64,000 nucleotides of DNA from Polyangiaceae bacterium (GTDB taxonomy: Bacteria > Myxococcota_A > Polyangia > Polyangiales > Polyangiaceae), in assembly GCA_032229665.1 (NCBI GenBank), contig JAVTWR010000059.1:113191-177190 (forward strand), read 5' to 3'. Below, piece after piece: positions 17,264 through 25,546 of this stretch (within the stretch, counting starts at the first letter, position 1; every line of letters begins with the position of its first letter). A model generated the notes under the pieces. The model saw only the letters and a list, made by a program, of their open reading frames with translations. It did no database searches and was not told the DNA's origin. The translations under genes and the position numbers were made by a program.

Positions 17264-18027
17264 GGGGCCCCCAGGGCGGCGTCGATCTGTGGCAGGAGCA
17301 CGCTCTGAGGATAGCTCTTTCGGAAGCGCGCGGCGAAGGTCCGGGCCTCGGCGGTGCGCCCCTGGGCTGCGAGCGCCAGAATGCGCAGACCCTCGCGCTC
17401 TTCCCGGAGCTGCCCCTGGGGAAACTCCCGCTCGTGGCGGCTCACGGCGCTCAGGGCGGCGTCCGCGTGGCCGCGGGCGACGCCGGCACGCGCTGCATCG
17501 ATGAGCTCTCGTTCCCGGGCGAGATCGCTCTTGGCGTCGCTGGTCACCGAGGCGGTGGCGGTGGTGGGGGGGGCAGTGGTGGGCGCGGCGCTGGTGGAAG
17601 CCGAGGCGGAGGCGCTGGCGATGCCAACGGGGATCATCGTGGTGCTCGGAGCCGGAGCCGCGGGCAGGTACACCGTGATCGTCGGCGCCGGGACGGCCAT
17701 GGTGCGATCGACGGCGACACCTGCGCCCGTGCCCACCGCGAACGTGGTGGCGATGACCGCGGCGAGCTTGGCGCCGCCGAGCGCTGCACCTGCACCCGCA
17801 CCCGCGCCGGCACCCGCAGGCGGCGCTGCGCCACCGGGACCGGAGCCGCCGTCACCTCCATTGTGGCCTCCGCCGGTGCCGTCGGCACCGAAGCCCAGCG
17901 TCGGGCCGAGCGCGGCCTCGAGCTTGGCCATCACACGGCCGGACAGCTCGGGCTGGGCGCCGATGGCGCTGCGCTCCTCGTCGAGGAGCTCCCGCGCGAG
18001 ATCCGAGAGCGGTTCCAGGTCGCTCAT
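17260..18027 (-). CDS. membrane-anchored anti-sigma factor (cassette B)
   Basis: ATGA overlap with the sigma gene at 18024-18027. Gly/Ala-rich spacer, TM (KLAAVIATTFAVGTGAGVAV). Conserved C-terminal HEREFPQGQLREEREGLRILAL...RFRKSYPQS. Confidence 0.65.
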   Translation of the reverse strand: MSDLEPLSDLARELLDEERSAIGAQPELSGRVMAKLEAALGPTLGFGADGTGGGHNGGDGGSGPGGAAPPAGAGAGAGAGAALGGAKLAAVIATTFAVGTGAGVAVDRTMAVPAPTITVYLPAAPAPSTTMIPVGIASASASASTSAAPTTAPPTTATASVTSDAKSDLARERELIDAARAGVARGHADAALSAVSRHEREFPQGQLREEREGLRILALAAQGRTAEARTFAARFRKSYPQSVLLPQIDAALGAP

Positions 18028-18551
18028 GCTCTCCTCCGTCGTTGGCCGAGTCGTGCGGCGTGCTCTTCGAACTCGGCGCGCGCGGTGCGCAGGCGCGAGT
18101 ACACGGTGTTGAGGGGGATGCCGAGCATCTCGGCCATCTCCGGCGCGTCGAAGCCTTCGAGATCGTGCATGACGAAGACATCGCGGCGATCGTCATCCAT
18201 CTTGTCGAGGGCAGCGAGCGCGAGCGTACGCGCCTGCCCGGTGACGGCGGCATCTTCCGGTGAGGCTTCGCGGGCGACCACGTCCTCGCCCTGCTCGCTG
18301 GCGGCTTCGCGCCGCTTGCGCCGGTAGTTCGCGGCCATCCGGAAGGCAAAGCCGAAGAGCCACGGGCGTATCGGGCGCGCCGGGTCGAAGTCGCTCCACT
18401 TGCCGTGCACCGCCAGGAACGTCTCCTGCGCGGCGTCCTCGAGATCGCCTTCACGAACCCCGAGCCGGCGCAGCGTGCGACACACGTAGCCGAGCTCCGC
18501 GGCGAACATCGCCCGGAACGCCGCGAGCGCGTTGGGCGTCGACGGAGGCAT
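18024..18551 (-). CDS. ECF sigma factor, cassette B
   Basis: DLEDAAQETFLAVHGKWSDFDPARPIRPWLFGFAFR (region 2) and EMAEMLGIPLNTVYSRLRTARAEF (region 4). Confidence 0.9.
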   Translation of the reverse strand: MPPSTPNALAAFRAMFAAELGYVCRTLRRLGVREGDLEDAAQETFLAVHGKWSDFDPARPIRPWLFGFAFRMAANYRRKRREAASEQGEDVVAREASPEDAAVTGQARTLALAALDKMDDDRRDVFVMHDLEGFDAPEMAEMLGIPLNTVYSRLRTARAEFEEHAARLGQRRRRA

Positions 18552-18659
18552 CGGGCCGATGGTAGTCCGGAAATCAGCATCGCTTCTCGCGGTTTGTGCC
18601 GCGGCGGCGAATCCGTCGGAAATTCGGCCCTCGGACCAGCCCGAGGTGCGATGGTGTCG

Positions 18660-19229
18660 CTATCGCGCGACGGCCACGAACACCGGCTCGGTGGCGTTGC
18701 CATTGCCGGTGGCGCGCCGGAACCCCGCATCGCGCACCAGGTTGCGCTCGGCGAGCACACCGAGCACGTTGGCGCCGCTGGCAAAGCCCAGGGAAACGAG
18801 GTGCGCGTCGAGCTGGCGTGCGATGACGCCCTTGCTGCCTCGGCTCACCGCGAACGCGATGGCCTGCTCCAACTGCACCGCGCTCACCACCGGTGCGGCC
18901 GGGGTCGCTTTCGGCAGCTTGTTCGTGCGCGCGGCCTTGGGAGCTTTGGGGGCGACTGCCTTGGGGGCGACGGCCGTTCGGGCCTTGGGGGCCGCGGCTC
19001 GCGGCGTCGCCTTCGGAAGCGCCACGGGTGCGGGGGCCTTCGCGGCCTTGCGGGCCTTCGGGCTTCGTTCGGTGGACCGCGCCTTGCCGACGACCGCGCT
19101 CAGCTCCGTGAGGGTGATGGCCTCGATGGTCGAAAGAACATCGCGGTTGAGCTGGTTCACGAGACGGTCGAGCGCTTCCCGGAAGCTTTCCATGAGGTCG
19201 ACATACTCCGTAACCCCGGGCCCGCGCAA
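18660..19229 (-). CDS. histone-H1-like Lys/Ala/Pro-repeat protein with a globular C-terminal domain
   Basis: Central KARKAAKAPAPVALPKATPRAAAPKARTAVAPKAVAPKAPKAARTNKLPKA tract. Start could be MESFREAL at 19193 instead. Lies between the barrel-like gene and the sigma gene of cassette B. Confidence 0.6.
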   Translation of the reverse strand: MRGPGVTEYVDLMESFREALDRLVNQLNRDVLSTIEAITLTELSAVVGKARSTERSPKARKAAKAPAPVALPKATPRAAAPKARTAVAPKAVAPKAPKAARTNKLPKATPAAPVVSAVQLEQAIAFAVSRGSKGVIARQLDAHLVSLGFASGANVLGVLAERNLVRDAGFRRATGNGNATEPVFVAVAR

Positions 19230-19250
19230 CGCGTGCGGTGCGGCCGTCGA

Positions 19251-20291
19251 TCAGGGCGTGAGCGCCAAGCTCAACCCGAGGGTGCCGCTCACCGGCGACT
19301 GCGTCCAAACGGTCTCCTGGCTCACCTGAAAGCGCGTCCGTACCAGGGCCACGTCGAGCCCCAGGAACGGCTCGAGCTCGAAGAGGGCGCCGAGCGGTAC
19401 GGGTACGCCGATGCGTGCGCCCACGAAGCCTGCCAGCGTGCGGCGCACCGTGGGGCTGACGACGTCGGGTCCTTCACCCTGGGCGAAGCCGCCGTGGAGT
19501 GGCACGCACGCATTCAGATAGCGGCGGCGATAGCAGGCGACGACGCCACCGAGCACGAACGAGGCGCTCGCGCGATCGACGGTCTCGAGCTCGGTCGCGC
19601 CGAGGGTGCTCTCGAAGGCAATCTCGAGCCCGAGGCCGAAGGCGCCATATCGACCTTCGCCGCCCAGGCGCGCGCCGAGGGTCGGTGCCGGTCCGCGACC
19701 GACGCCAGCATACGTCGAGGCGCGCACCGCGAAGCGAAGGCGCGGACCTTCGGGGACGGGCGCGGGGGAAGTGCGCGGGGGCGTGGGAGCCGGCGGTGGG
19801 GGCCCGGCGCTCGCGCTCGGGGGCGTCGTCGCGCTGGGCTCGACGGTCGGCGGTGGGGGCGTTGATGGCAGCGCGGTGGCGCCTGCGCTGGCCGCGGCCT
19901 TCACCTTGCCGAGGGGATCGAGGAGCAGGCTCACCACCGACGCCATCGACTCCACCAGCTCCGAGCACTCGCCGCGCGGAGCCGTGAGCTCCCGACGGCC
20001 GATGACGCCGCCATCGGCGCCCCGGAGCACCACCTCGCCCCGGAGCTTTTGCTTGTCGTCGCGCAGCGTCGCGACCACCGTGCGGGCCGCACCGGCCTCG
20101 AAGGGATCGAGCCCCAGCCGCGCCGCCACGCGGTCGCGGAACGTGCGCTCGCCGGGGCACGAAGCGAGCGACGAGACGTTGGCGAACTCCAGCCGCGCGG
20201 TGGGCTTGTCGTCTTCGGCCCGGGCCAGCGTCGACACCAGCGCCCCGGCGAAACCGAGGAGCACGAGCGAGGGGGCCACACGACGGAGCAC
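19251..20291 (-). CDS. secreted two-Cys domain / Pro-rich / predicted beta-barrel protein (cassette B paralog)
   Basis: No in-frame ATG. A GTG at 20291 gives (M)LRRVAPSLVLLGFAGALVSTLARA as signal. The N-domain CPGERTFRDRVAARLGLDPF...CSELVESM aligns with CADEASLRQAVAARLGYDPF...CGDLTSTL of 15196..16185. PPPPTVEP...PPPPAPTPP linker. Confidence 0.6.
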   Translation of the reverse strand: MLRRVAPSLVLLGFAGALVSTLARAEDDKPTARLEFANVSSLASCPGERTFRDRVAARLGLDPFEAGAARTVVATLRDDKQKLRGEVVLRGADGGVIGRRELTAPRGECSELVESMASVVSLLLDPLGKVKAAASAGATALPSTPPPPTVEPSATTPPSASAGPPPPAPTPPRTSPAPVPEGPRLRFAVRASTYAGVGRGPAPTLGARLGGEGRYGAFGLGLEIAFESTLGATELETVDRASASFVLGGVVACYRRRYLNACVPLHGGFAQGEGPDVVSPTVRRTLAGFVGARIGVPVPLGALFELEPFLGLDVALVRTRFQVSQETVWTQSPVSGTLGLSLALTP

Positions 20292-20386
20292 GCTGCATTG
20301 CGTACCCTTTTCGGGACCCGTTTGCGAAATGATTCGCGGCCGCACTTTTCTTCGACGGAACGCCGCGGCGCCGACAATCCCCGGGC

Positions 20387-22060
20387 ATGAAGCCGACCTT
20401 GCTTTGCCTCTTCGCGGCGACCCTCGCCGGTTGTTCTCTCTTGCCCATGATCCAGACCGGAGGCGCCGCCGCCGGCGGCTACGATGGCGACGAGTGCAAC
20501 GAGGTGCGGCAGACCGAGGCCCAGGCCCAGGAGGCGCACGGAAGTGGCTCGGTGGAGGTCGCCAAGACGCCGCGAGAGCGCGCCCTCGTGGCCCTGTGCC
20601 CGGAGCTGCCGTTCGACGCTCACGACGCCGCCGGGCGCGGCTACGCCGGCACACGCTACCAGCGGCGATCGCTTCCCCGGCCCGAGGACATTCACGCGGA
20701 CTTCGATCTCCGGCATCCGACCATGCTCGACGTCACGTCGCTCATGTTCGCCGTGGTGCAGCCGGGGCGAGATCGCCGGCATTTGCACGGCCACACCGGT
20801 CCGCTCAAGATCGAGAAGCCCTTCGGCAACGAGCGCGCGGAGCGCGAGGAAACGGCGGTGGGCATGGCCGCGGTGTACGCCAGCTTCCTCGACGACGGCG
20901 CCCTCGATCGCGAGCTCGCGGCCACGCAGCTCCCCGCCGAGGCGCGGCAGCACTACAAGGCGCAGGTGCAGGCCGCGAAGCAGAACGTGGACGCGCTGCT
21001 CGGCGCCATGACGCCCACCGTGCGCAAGGTCGTCTACGAGATTCCGCTGCACATCGCGCAGGACCTTCGCAAGGAGTACGAGGCCAAGAAGAACTTCGGC
21101 GCGCGCCTCGACGTGCTGAGCGCCCAGGCCGACGAAGCCCGCAAGGGCGGCGGCAACCCCTCGAAGGTCGCGCAGGAGCTGACGCAGCTCCGGAGCGACG
21201 TGGTCACCGTGTGCGGGGCCACCGAGGAGTGCACGTACCACCCGCTCTACGCCGAGATCACCCACGAGCTCGCCACCCTCTACGTGGCCACCAAGCAGGT
21301 GGACCTGGCGCGCGCCGAGAGCGCTCTCCTGACGCGCAAGGACTCCATGAAGCGCACGTTCCAGCCCGCCGTCTACGCCGCGCAGTACGAGGCCGGTGAG
21401 CGGTCCACCAAGGCGCTCCAGGCGAAGAAGTCGGCGAGCAAGCTCGACCCCAAGCTGGCCAAGGCCATGGACGCCGACGATCCGGTGAGCTTCTCGTTCG
21501 CCGATTTCTTCCGGGCTGGCTCGAGCATGCCCTTCATCGCTTCGGCCTTGGGGGGCGACGGCAGCCCCACGCCCGTCTCCGGATACGTGCAGGCGGTGTC
21601 GCGCAAAGGCGACAAGAGCCTCGTGGAGTTCAAGACCGAGTACCAGAGCGTCGACGTGCCGACCAACTGCTACACCACCGGCCGCATCGCGCGCATCCAG
21701 TCGGACGGGCGCATCGAGTACGAGGAGAGTTGCCAGTACCGCACCGAGCGTCAGGCGCTCCCCAAGCCGGAGCCCATCCTGATACCGAGCCGCGAGGCCG
21801 CGGGCATCAAGGCCGGCGAGCTCGTCCGCATCTGGGGCGCCAAGGACGGGGTGGTGGAGCAGGTGCACGAGACCAAGAACGGCGGCCTCGTGCTGGTGCA
21901 GCTCCGGGGCGATCGCGTGCGCGGCGAGAAGGCCGAGCGCCCGCAGAAGAGCTCGGCGGGCACCAGCGCAGCGCCGAAGGATCCGCGGCCGGCCGATGCC
22001 CCCGCGGCACCCGCTTCCACGGGGCCGATTGCGCGCGAAGCGGGTCGTCTCGCTCGGTGA
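20387..22060 (+). CDS. hypothetical lipoprotein (557 aa)
   Basis: MKPTLLCLFAATLAGC lipobox. Long helical/charged middle, Pro/Ala-rich tail. Good GC3. Confidence 0.7.
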   Translation: MKPTLLCLFAATLAGCSLLPMIQTGGAAAGGYDGDECNEVRQTEAQAQEAHGSGSVEVAKTPRERALVALCPELPFDAHDAAGRGYAGTRYQRRSLPRPEDIHADFDLRHPTMLDVTSLMFAVVQPGRDRRHLHGHTGPLKIEKPFGNERAEREETAVGMAAVYASFLDDGALDRELAATQLPAEARQHYKAQVQAAKQNVDALLGAMTPTVRKVVYEIPLHIAQDLRKEYEAKKNFGARLDVLSAQADEARKGGGNPSKVAQELTQLRSDVVTVCGATEECTYHPLYAEITHELATLYVATKQVDLARAESALLTRKDSMKRTFQPAVYAAQYEAGERSTKALQAKKSASKLDPKLAKAMDADDPVSFSFADFFRAGSSMPFIASALGGDGSPTPVSGYVQAVSRKGDKSLVEFKTEYQSVDVPTNCYTTGRIARIQSDGRIEYEESCQYRTERQALPKPEPILIPSREAAGIKAGELVRIWGAKDGVVEQVHETKNGGLVLVQLRGDRVRGEKAERPQKSSAGTSAAPKDPRPADAPAAPASTGPIAREAGRLAR

Positions 22061-22069
22061 CCGCGCGCC

Positions 22070-22573
22070 TCAGCGCTTCGTCGCGCTCACGAAGGGGATC
22101 GCCGCCGACTGTTTCATCCACGTGGTGAGCCGTCGGGCGTCGATCTCCGCCACCCGCGCCAGCTCCACGCCGCGCGTCGACTTGCCCATGCCGATGGGTG
22201 TGACCGGAGGCTCGGGCGAGAGCTCCGTACCTCGAATGAACATGACCTTGAGGTGGCCCACGAAGCCTCCCGACGAGAAGCACCACCCGCCCTCGACCCC
22301 GTAGTAGGCCATGCCCCACTTCACGGCGCGGACGACCCCGGGCAACGCCTTGGCCGCGAGCGCGTCCACGTGCCATGCGAGGGTGCGTTGCGGCTCGGGC
22401 AGGCTATCGATGTACGCGTGCACGGGGCCGTCGCCTTGGGCCGCCTTCGCCGGGCTGGCTTTGCCAGTCATGGCGACCAAGAGCGCAGGCTTCGTGTCGC
22501 GCGTCGTCTTGCGCGGAGCCGACGTCTTGGCTGCGGCCGCGCGCTTCGCGGGCTTCTTTCGAACGGCCATCAT
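22070..22573 (-). CDS. DUF1801 (YdhG-like) domain protein with a Lys/Ala-rich N-terminal tail
   Basis: VHAYIDSLPEPQRTLAWHVDALAAKALPGVVRAVKWGMAYYG...HLKVMF resembles the DUF1801 family core. Recalled similarity. Confidence 0.65.
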   Translation of the reverse strand: MMAVRKKPAKRAAAAKTSAPRKTTRDTKPALLVAMTGKASPAKAAQGDGPVHAYIDSLPEPQRTLAWHVDALAAKALPGVVRAVKWGMAYYGVEGGWCFSSGGFVGHLKVMFIRGTELSPEPPVTPIGMGKSTRGVELARVAEIDARRLTTWMKQSAAIPFVSATKR

Positions 22574-22590
22574 ACGCTGGTACCTTTAAA

Positions 22591-22608
22591 CTGAACCATT
22601 GGGTTCAG
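22591..22608. promoter_or_regulatory. 7-bp inverted repeat CTGAACC-ATTG-GGTTCAG in an AT-richer spacer (operator or weak terminator)
   Basis: Read directly. It sits 18 nt upstream of the DUF1801 start and 90 nt downstream of the 22698 gene end. On the minus strand it is followed by TTTAAAGG. Confidence 0.35.
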
Positions 22609-22697
22609 CTTAGGGCACTGGGACCTTTGGCGCAAGGCTCCAGCGTCACCGGGTCGGCCCGGCCGGAGCTGGTAGCACCGGCCGATGCCTGCGTTCC

Positions 22698-23366
22698 TCA
22701 GGTCTTGGTGGCGAGCCAGAGCACGTGAATGTAGTTTCCACCTACCCGGGCGGGGACGCGCTTCTTCCGGGCATGAAACCCGCCGCGGCGCAGGCGCTTG
22801 GTGAAGGTGCCGTCGTCGTAGGTGGACCACAGCGAGAGCACGCCCCTGGGCCGAAGCGCCTGGGCCACCGACTGGAGGCCGGCATCGGTGTAGAGTGCAT
22901 CGTTCGACTGGGCGGTGAACGCCAAAGGACCGTTGTCGACGTCGAGGAGAATGGCATCGTACGCGTCGTGGGCGCTCTCCAGCGTGCGGCGGACGTCCTC
23001 GGTGCGCACCCAGGTTCGTGGATCGTCGAGTGGGTGGCCGGCGAGGTGGCCGAGGGGACCGCGGTTCCACTCCACCACCTCGGGCAAGAGCTCCGCCACC
23101 TCCACCGTGGCGTCCTTGGGCAAGATGTCGAGCGCGGCGCGCAGGGTGTAGCCCATGCCCAGGCCGCCGACCAGCACGCGTGCCTTGGGATGCGTCTCGA
23201 GGTGGGCGCAGCCCAGCACCGCCAGCTGCTCCTCGGAGTAGTGGGCGCTGCTGTTCATGAGCACCACGTCGTTGACGCTCACCGAATACTCTTCGCTCTT
23301 TCGCCGTAGCGTGAGCTCTTCTCCCGTGGGGAGCGACACCAGACCCAGTTGCTCCCAGGGAATCAT
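22698..23366 (-). CDS. spermidine-synthase-like SAM-dependent methyltransferase-fold protein
   Basis: RVLVGGLGMGYTLRAAL (GxGxG SAM loop), YDAILLDVDNGP, and overall spermine/spermidine synthase-like layout. Confidence 0.7.
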   Translation of the reverse strand: MIPWEQLGLVSLPTGEELTLRRKSEEYSVSVNDVVLMNSSAHYSEEQLAVLGCAHLETHPKARVLVGGLGMGYTLRAALDILPKDATVEVAELLPEVVEWNRGPLGHLAGHPLDDPRTWVRTEDVRRTLESAHDAYDAILLDVDNGPLAFTAQSNDALYTDAGLQSVAQALRPRGVLSLWSTYDDGTFTKRLRRGGFHARKKRVPARVGGNYIHVLWLATKT

Positions 23367-23414
23367 GGGAAAGCTTCTACACCGGATCTTGCTGGAACCG
23401 GATGCAATCGCCGT

Positions 23415-24059
23415 TCACCCGTGGGCGCGCCGCAGGTAGCCTTCGATCATGGTCATGGTCTTGGCCTCGATCTGCGCGTCGAGCTCCGCCGAAGCCTTCT
23501 TGCCCAGGGCCCCGGCGAGCGGCTTCTTGCCCAGGGCCCACACCACGGTGATGCCCAGCGAAGCCACCAGGGCGAACTCCAGATCCTCGCGCGGCGCGCC
23601 GGAGCGCGCTTCGAGCGCGTCGGCCAAGAGGCGAAGGCCCTGCACGCGGTGGGAGAAGAAGTCTTGCTCGCCGGAGCGTCCGCTGAGCATGGCCCAGGTG
23701 GCGAGGCGGATGGTGAGCGGATCGGCCGCGGTGCTCGCCACCGTCTTGCGGTAGGCGGCCAGCATGGCGCTGGTGTCGGCGCTGGCGATGACGGAGACGA
23801 TCTCCGCCACCAGCGAGGCGCGCATCCGCTCGAAGCGCCGCTCCAGGGTCGCCTCCACCAGCTTGGCGTAGGTGCCGAAGTAGTGGGTGACGAGCGCGTG
23901 GCTCACGCCGGCCTCGCGAGCCACGTCCTTGAGACCCACCACGTCCGGCAGGTGCTCGGTGAACACGCGCTCCGCCGCGTCGAGGATCGTGGCGCGCGCC
24001 TCCTCCGGCGAGCGGCGGGTACGCTTCGGGGGCGGGGACGGGGCTCGGGGACGGACCAT
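23415..24059 (-). CDS. TetR-family transcriptional repressor
   Basis: Start MVRPRAPS at 24059. RATILDAAERVFTEHLPDVVGLKDVAREAGVSHALVTHYFGTYAKL is a TetR N-terminal HTH. The listed 603-aa ORF is real only in its last 214 aa. Confidence 0.85.
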   Translation of the reverse strand: MVRPRAPSPPPKRTRRSPEEARATILDAAERVFTEHLPDVVGLKDVAREAGVSHALVTHYFGTYAKLVEATLERRFERMRASLVAEIVSVIASADTSAMLAAYRKTVASTAADPLTIRLATWAMLSGRSGEQDFFSHRVQGLRLLADALEARSGAPREDLEFALVASLGITVVWALGKKPLAGALGKKASAELDAQIEAKTMTMIEGYLRRAHG

Positions 24060-24087
24060 GCACCGAGTGTAGAATTCATTGGCACGC

Positions 24088-24127
24088 TTGACAACAACTG
24101 CCTGGGCACTATTGTCAATGTTGACAA
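24088..24127 (+). promoter_or_regulatory. candidate sigma-70-type promoter (TTGACA, 16 nt, TATTGT) overlapped by a TetR-type operator TTGTCAA-TG-TTGACAA
   Basis: Read directly. TTGACA at 24088-24093, TATTGT at 24110-24115, perfect 7-bp inverted arms at 24112-24118 and 24121-24127, AAGGAG RBS at 24129-24134, ATG at 24141. A third TTGACAA half-site lies at 24088-24094. Confidence 0.5.
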
Positions 24128-24140
24128 CAAGGAGATCGCC

Positions 24141-24818
24141 ATGAGCACCTCGGCCGCACCGTTTTCCGTTTCCATCCCGCCGCTCACCACCCGCGCCCGC
24201 ACCGTCGTGCGGTCGCTCGCATCGCTCGCCCGCGATCCCGGGCGCCTCGATCAGGTGCTGGTGCTCCTCCAGGCCATGAACCTCGGGGCAGTGGCCCGCG
24301 CCGGCACGCGGCTGGCGCGTTCTCCGGAAGGGCAGGCGCTGCTCGACGAGCAGCCGCGCATCGACCGGGCAAGTATCGACTGGGAGGCGCTGGAGCGCTT
24401 GCCCGACGGCACCCTCGGTCGCGAGTATCTGCGTTTTCTCCGGAGCAACGACATCACGCCGGAGGCCTTCGAGAAGCTCCCCGACGTGGGCGATCCCCGG
24501 GCCGCCTACGTGATGCTGCGCATGCGGCAGACGCACGATCTGTGGCACGTGCTCACCGGCTATGCGCCCGACGTGCGCGGGGAGATCCTCCTGCAGGCCT
24601 TCACCTACGCGCAGACCGGTGCGCCCGGGTCGGCGATGATCGCCGTGTTCGGTAGCCTCCGCTGGGCGCTCCGGTACCCGGGCCAGCTCGCGGCCCTGCG
24701 CCGGGCGTTTCGCGGCGGCAAGGCCACCGCGTTCTTGCCCACGTTCCGTTGGGAAGACCACTGGGCCACCCAGGTAAGCGATCTCCGTGTCGCGCTCCGC
24801 TGTCCCGCGCTGGCGTGA
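24141..24818 (+). CDS. Coq4-family (ubiquinone biosynthesis protein COQ4-like) protein
   Basis: RQTHDLWHVLTGYAPDVRGEILLQAFTYAQTG carries the Coq4 HDxxH-x(11)-E zinc-ligand motif and resembles human COQ4 around HDLLHTLLGLPTNMLGE (recalled). Confidence 0.7.
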   Translation: MSTSAAPFSVSIPPLTTRARTVVRSLASLARDPGRLDQVLVLLQAMNLGAVARAGTRLARSPEGQALLDEQPRIDRASIDWEALERLPDGTLGREYLRFLRSNDITPEAFEKLPDVGDPRAAYVMLRMRQTHDLWHVLTGYAPDVRGEILLQAFTYAQTGAPGSAMIAVFGSLRWALRYPGQLAALRRAFRGGKATAFLPTFRWEDHWATQVSDLRVALRCPALA

Positions 24819-24906
24819 CCGCGCTCGTGAGAGCGCGGCGTGCGGCGCCAACAACGGCACCCAAAGCGCGGCCTCTCCCTGAATAGCGCCCCCGAGGCAT
24901 CGTCCA

Positions 24907-25545
24907 TTGCACATGTCTCTTCGTTCGCTTCTTTGCATTGCCCTCATCGCGTCGAGCATCGCGTGCTCCTCCACCAGCGAGCCGGCGCGCGGCACCGAAT
25001 CCACGACCGATGCGGGGGAGCCGGATGCGGCCCCGGCGGAGCAGATCGACGCCGCGGTCGACGCCGGGCCGACGCTCACGCCGCAGGCGGTCGCGGTTCC
25101 GCAGCTCCCTACCTCGTGCGACGCCTTCTGCAAGACGAAGGGCACGACCTGCTCGCCCTCGTGCCCCGCGACCGACGGGCCGTACGCAGGGAGCGTCACC
25201 TCTCGCGTCGACCTCTCGACTCCCAAGTACGAGACCCACTACGCCAAGACCTGCGCCGAGGTGCTGCGTCCGTCTGCCCAGAGCGTGGGCGACACCAGCG
25301 CCTACTGCTGCTGCATGGCGCCGCCGCTGCAGACCGTGGAGAAGAAGCTCACCGCGTCCACCTCGTGCGACGACGTTTGTCGCGCCCAGGGCCTCACCTG
25401 CGAAGGTCGGGGCAGCGTGGACTTCATGCGCCCCGACGGCACCACCTGCAGCACCACCTTGGCGTGCGACGAGCCGCGGGGCCCCACCAGCTCCTGCGGT
25501 CAGAAACCCAGTGTGAGCGCCAACCTCAAGTGCTACTGCCGATGA
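24907..25545 (+). CDS. cysteine-rich lipoprotein (212 aa)
   Basis: MHMSLRSLLCIALIASSIAC lipobox. 16 Cys including a CCC triplet and a terminal KCYCR. Confidence 0.65.
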   Translation: MHMSLRSLLCIALIASSIACSSTSEPARGTESTTDAGEPDAAPAEQIDAAVDAGPTLTPQAVAVPQLPTSCDAFCKTKGTTCSPSCPATDGPYAGSVTSRVDLSTPKYETHYAKTCAEVLRPSAQSVGDTSAYCCCMAPPLQTVEKKLTASTSCDDVCRAQGLTCEGRGSVDFMRPDGTTCSTTLACDEPRGPTSSCGQKPSVSANLKCYCR

Positions 25546-25546
25546 C

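Noticed and set aside
19931-21868. 645-aa minus ORF, and the 597-aa plus ORF 19606..21399
   Set aside because: They overlap the lipoprotein gene 20387..22060 and the barrel-like gene 19251..20291 in wrong frames or strands. Composition is Arg/Gly/Ala-rich with no signal or motifs.
24081-24097. TGGCAC element suggesting a sigma-54 -24 box
   Set aside because: The required TTGC at N5 spacing is absent (TGGCAC-GCTTG-ACAA). The region is better explained as a sigma-70-type TTGACA -35 plus a TetR operator.
24060-25226. Upstream 389 aa of the listed 603-aa ORF 23415..25226
   Set aside because: Only the last 214 aa (the TetR protein from ATG 24059) are protein-like. The extension crosses the operator/promoter region and is antisense to the Coq4-like and Cys-rich lipoprotein genes.
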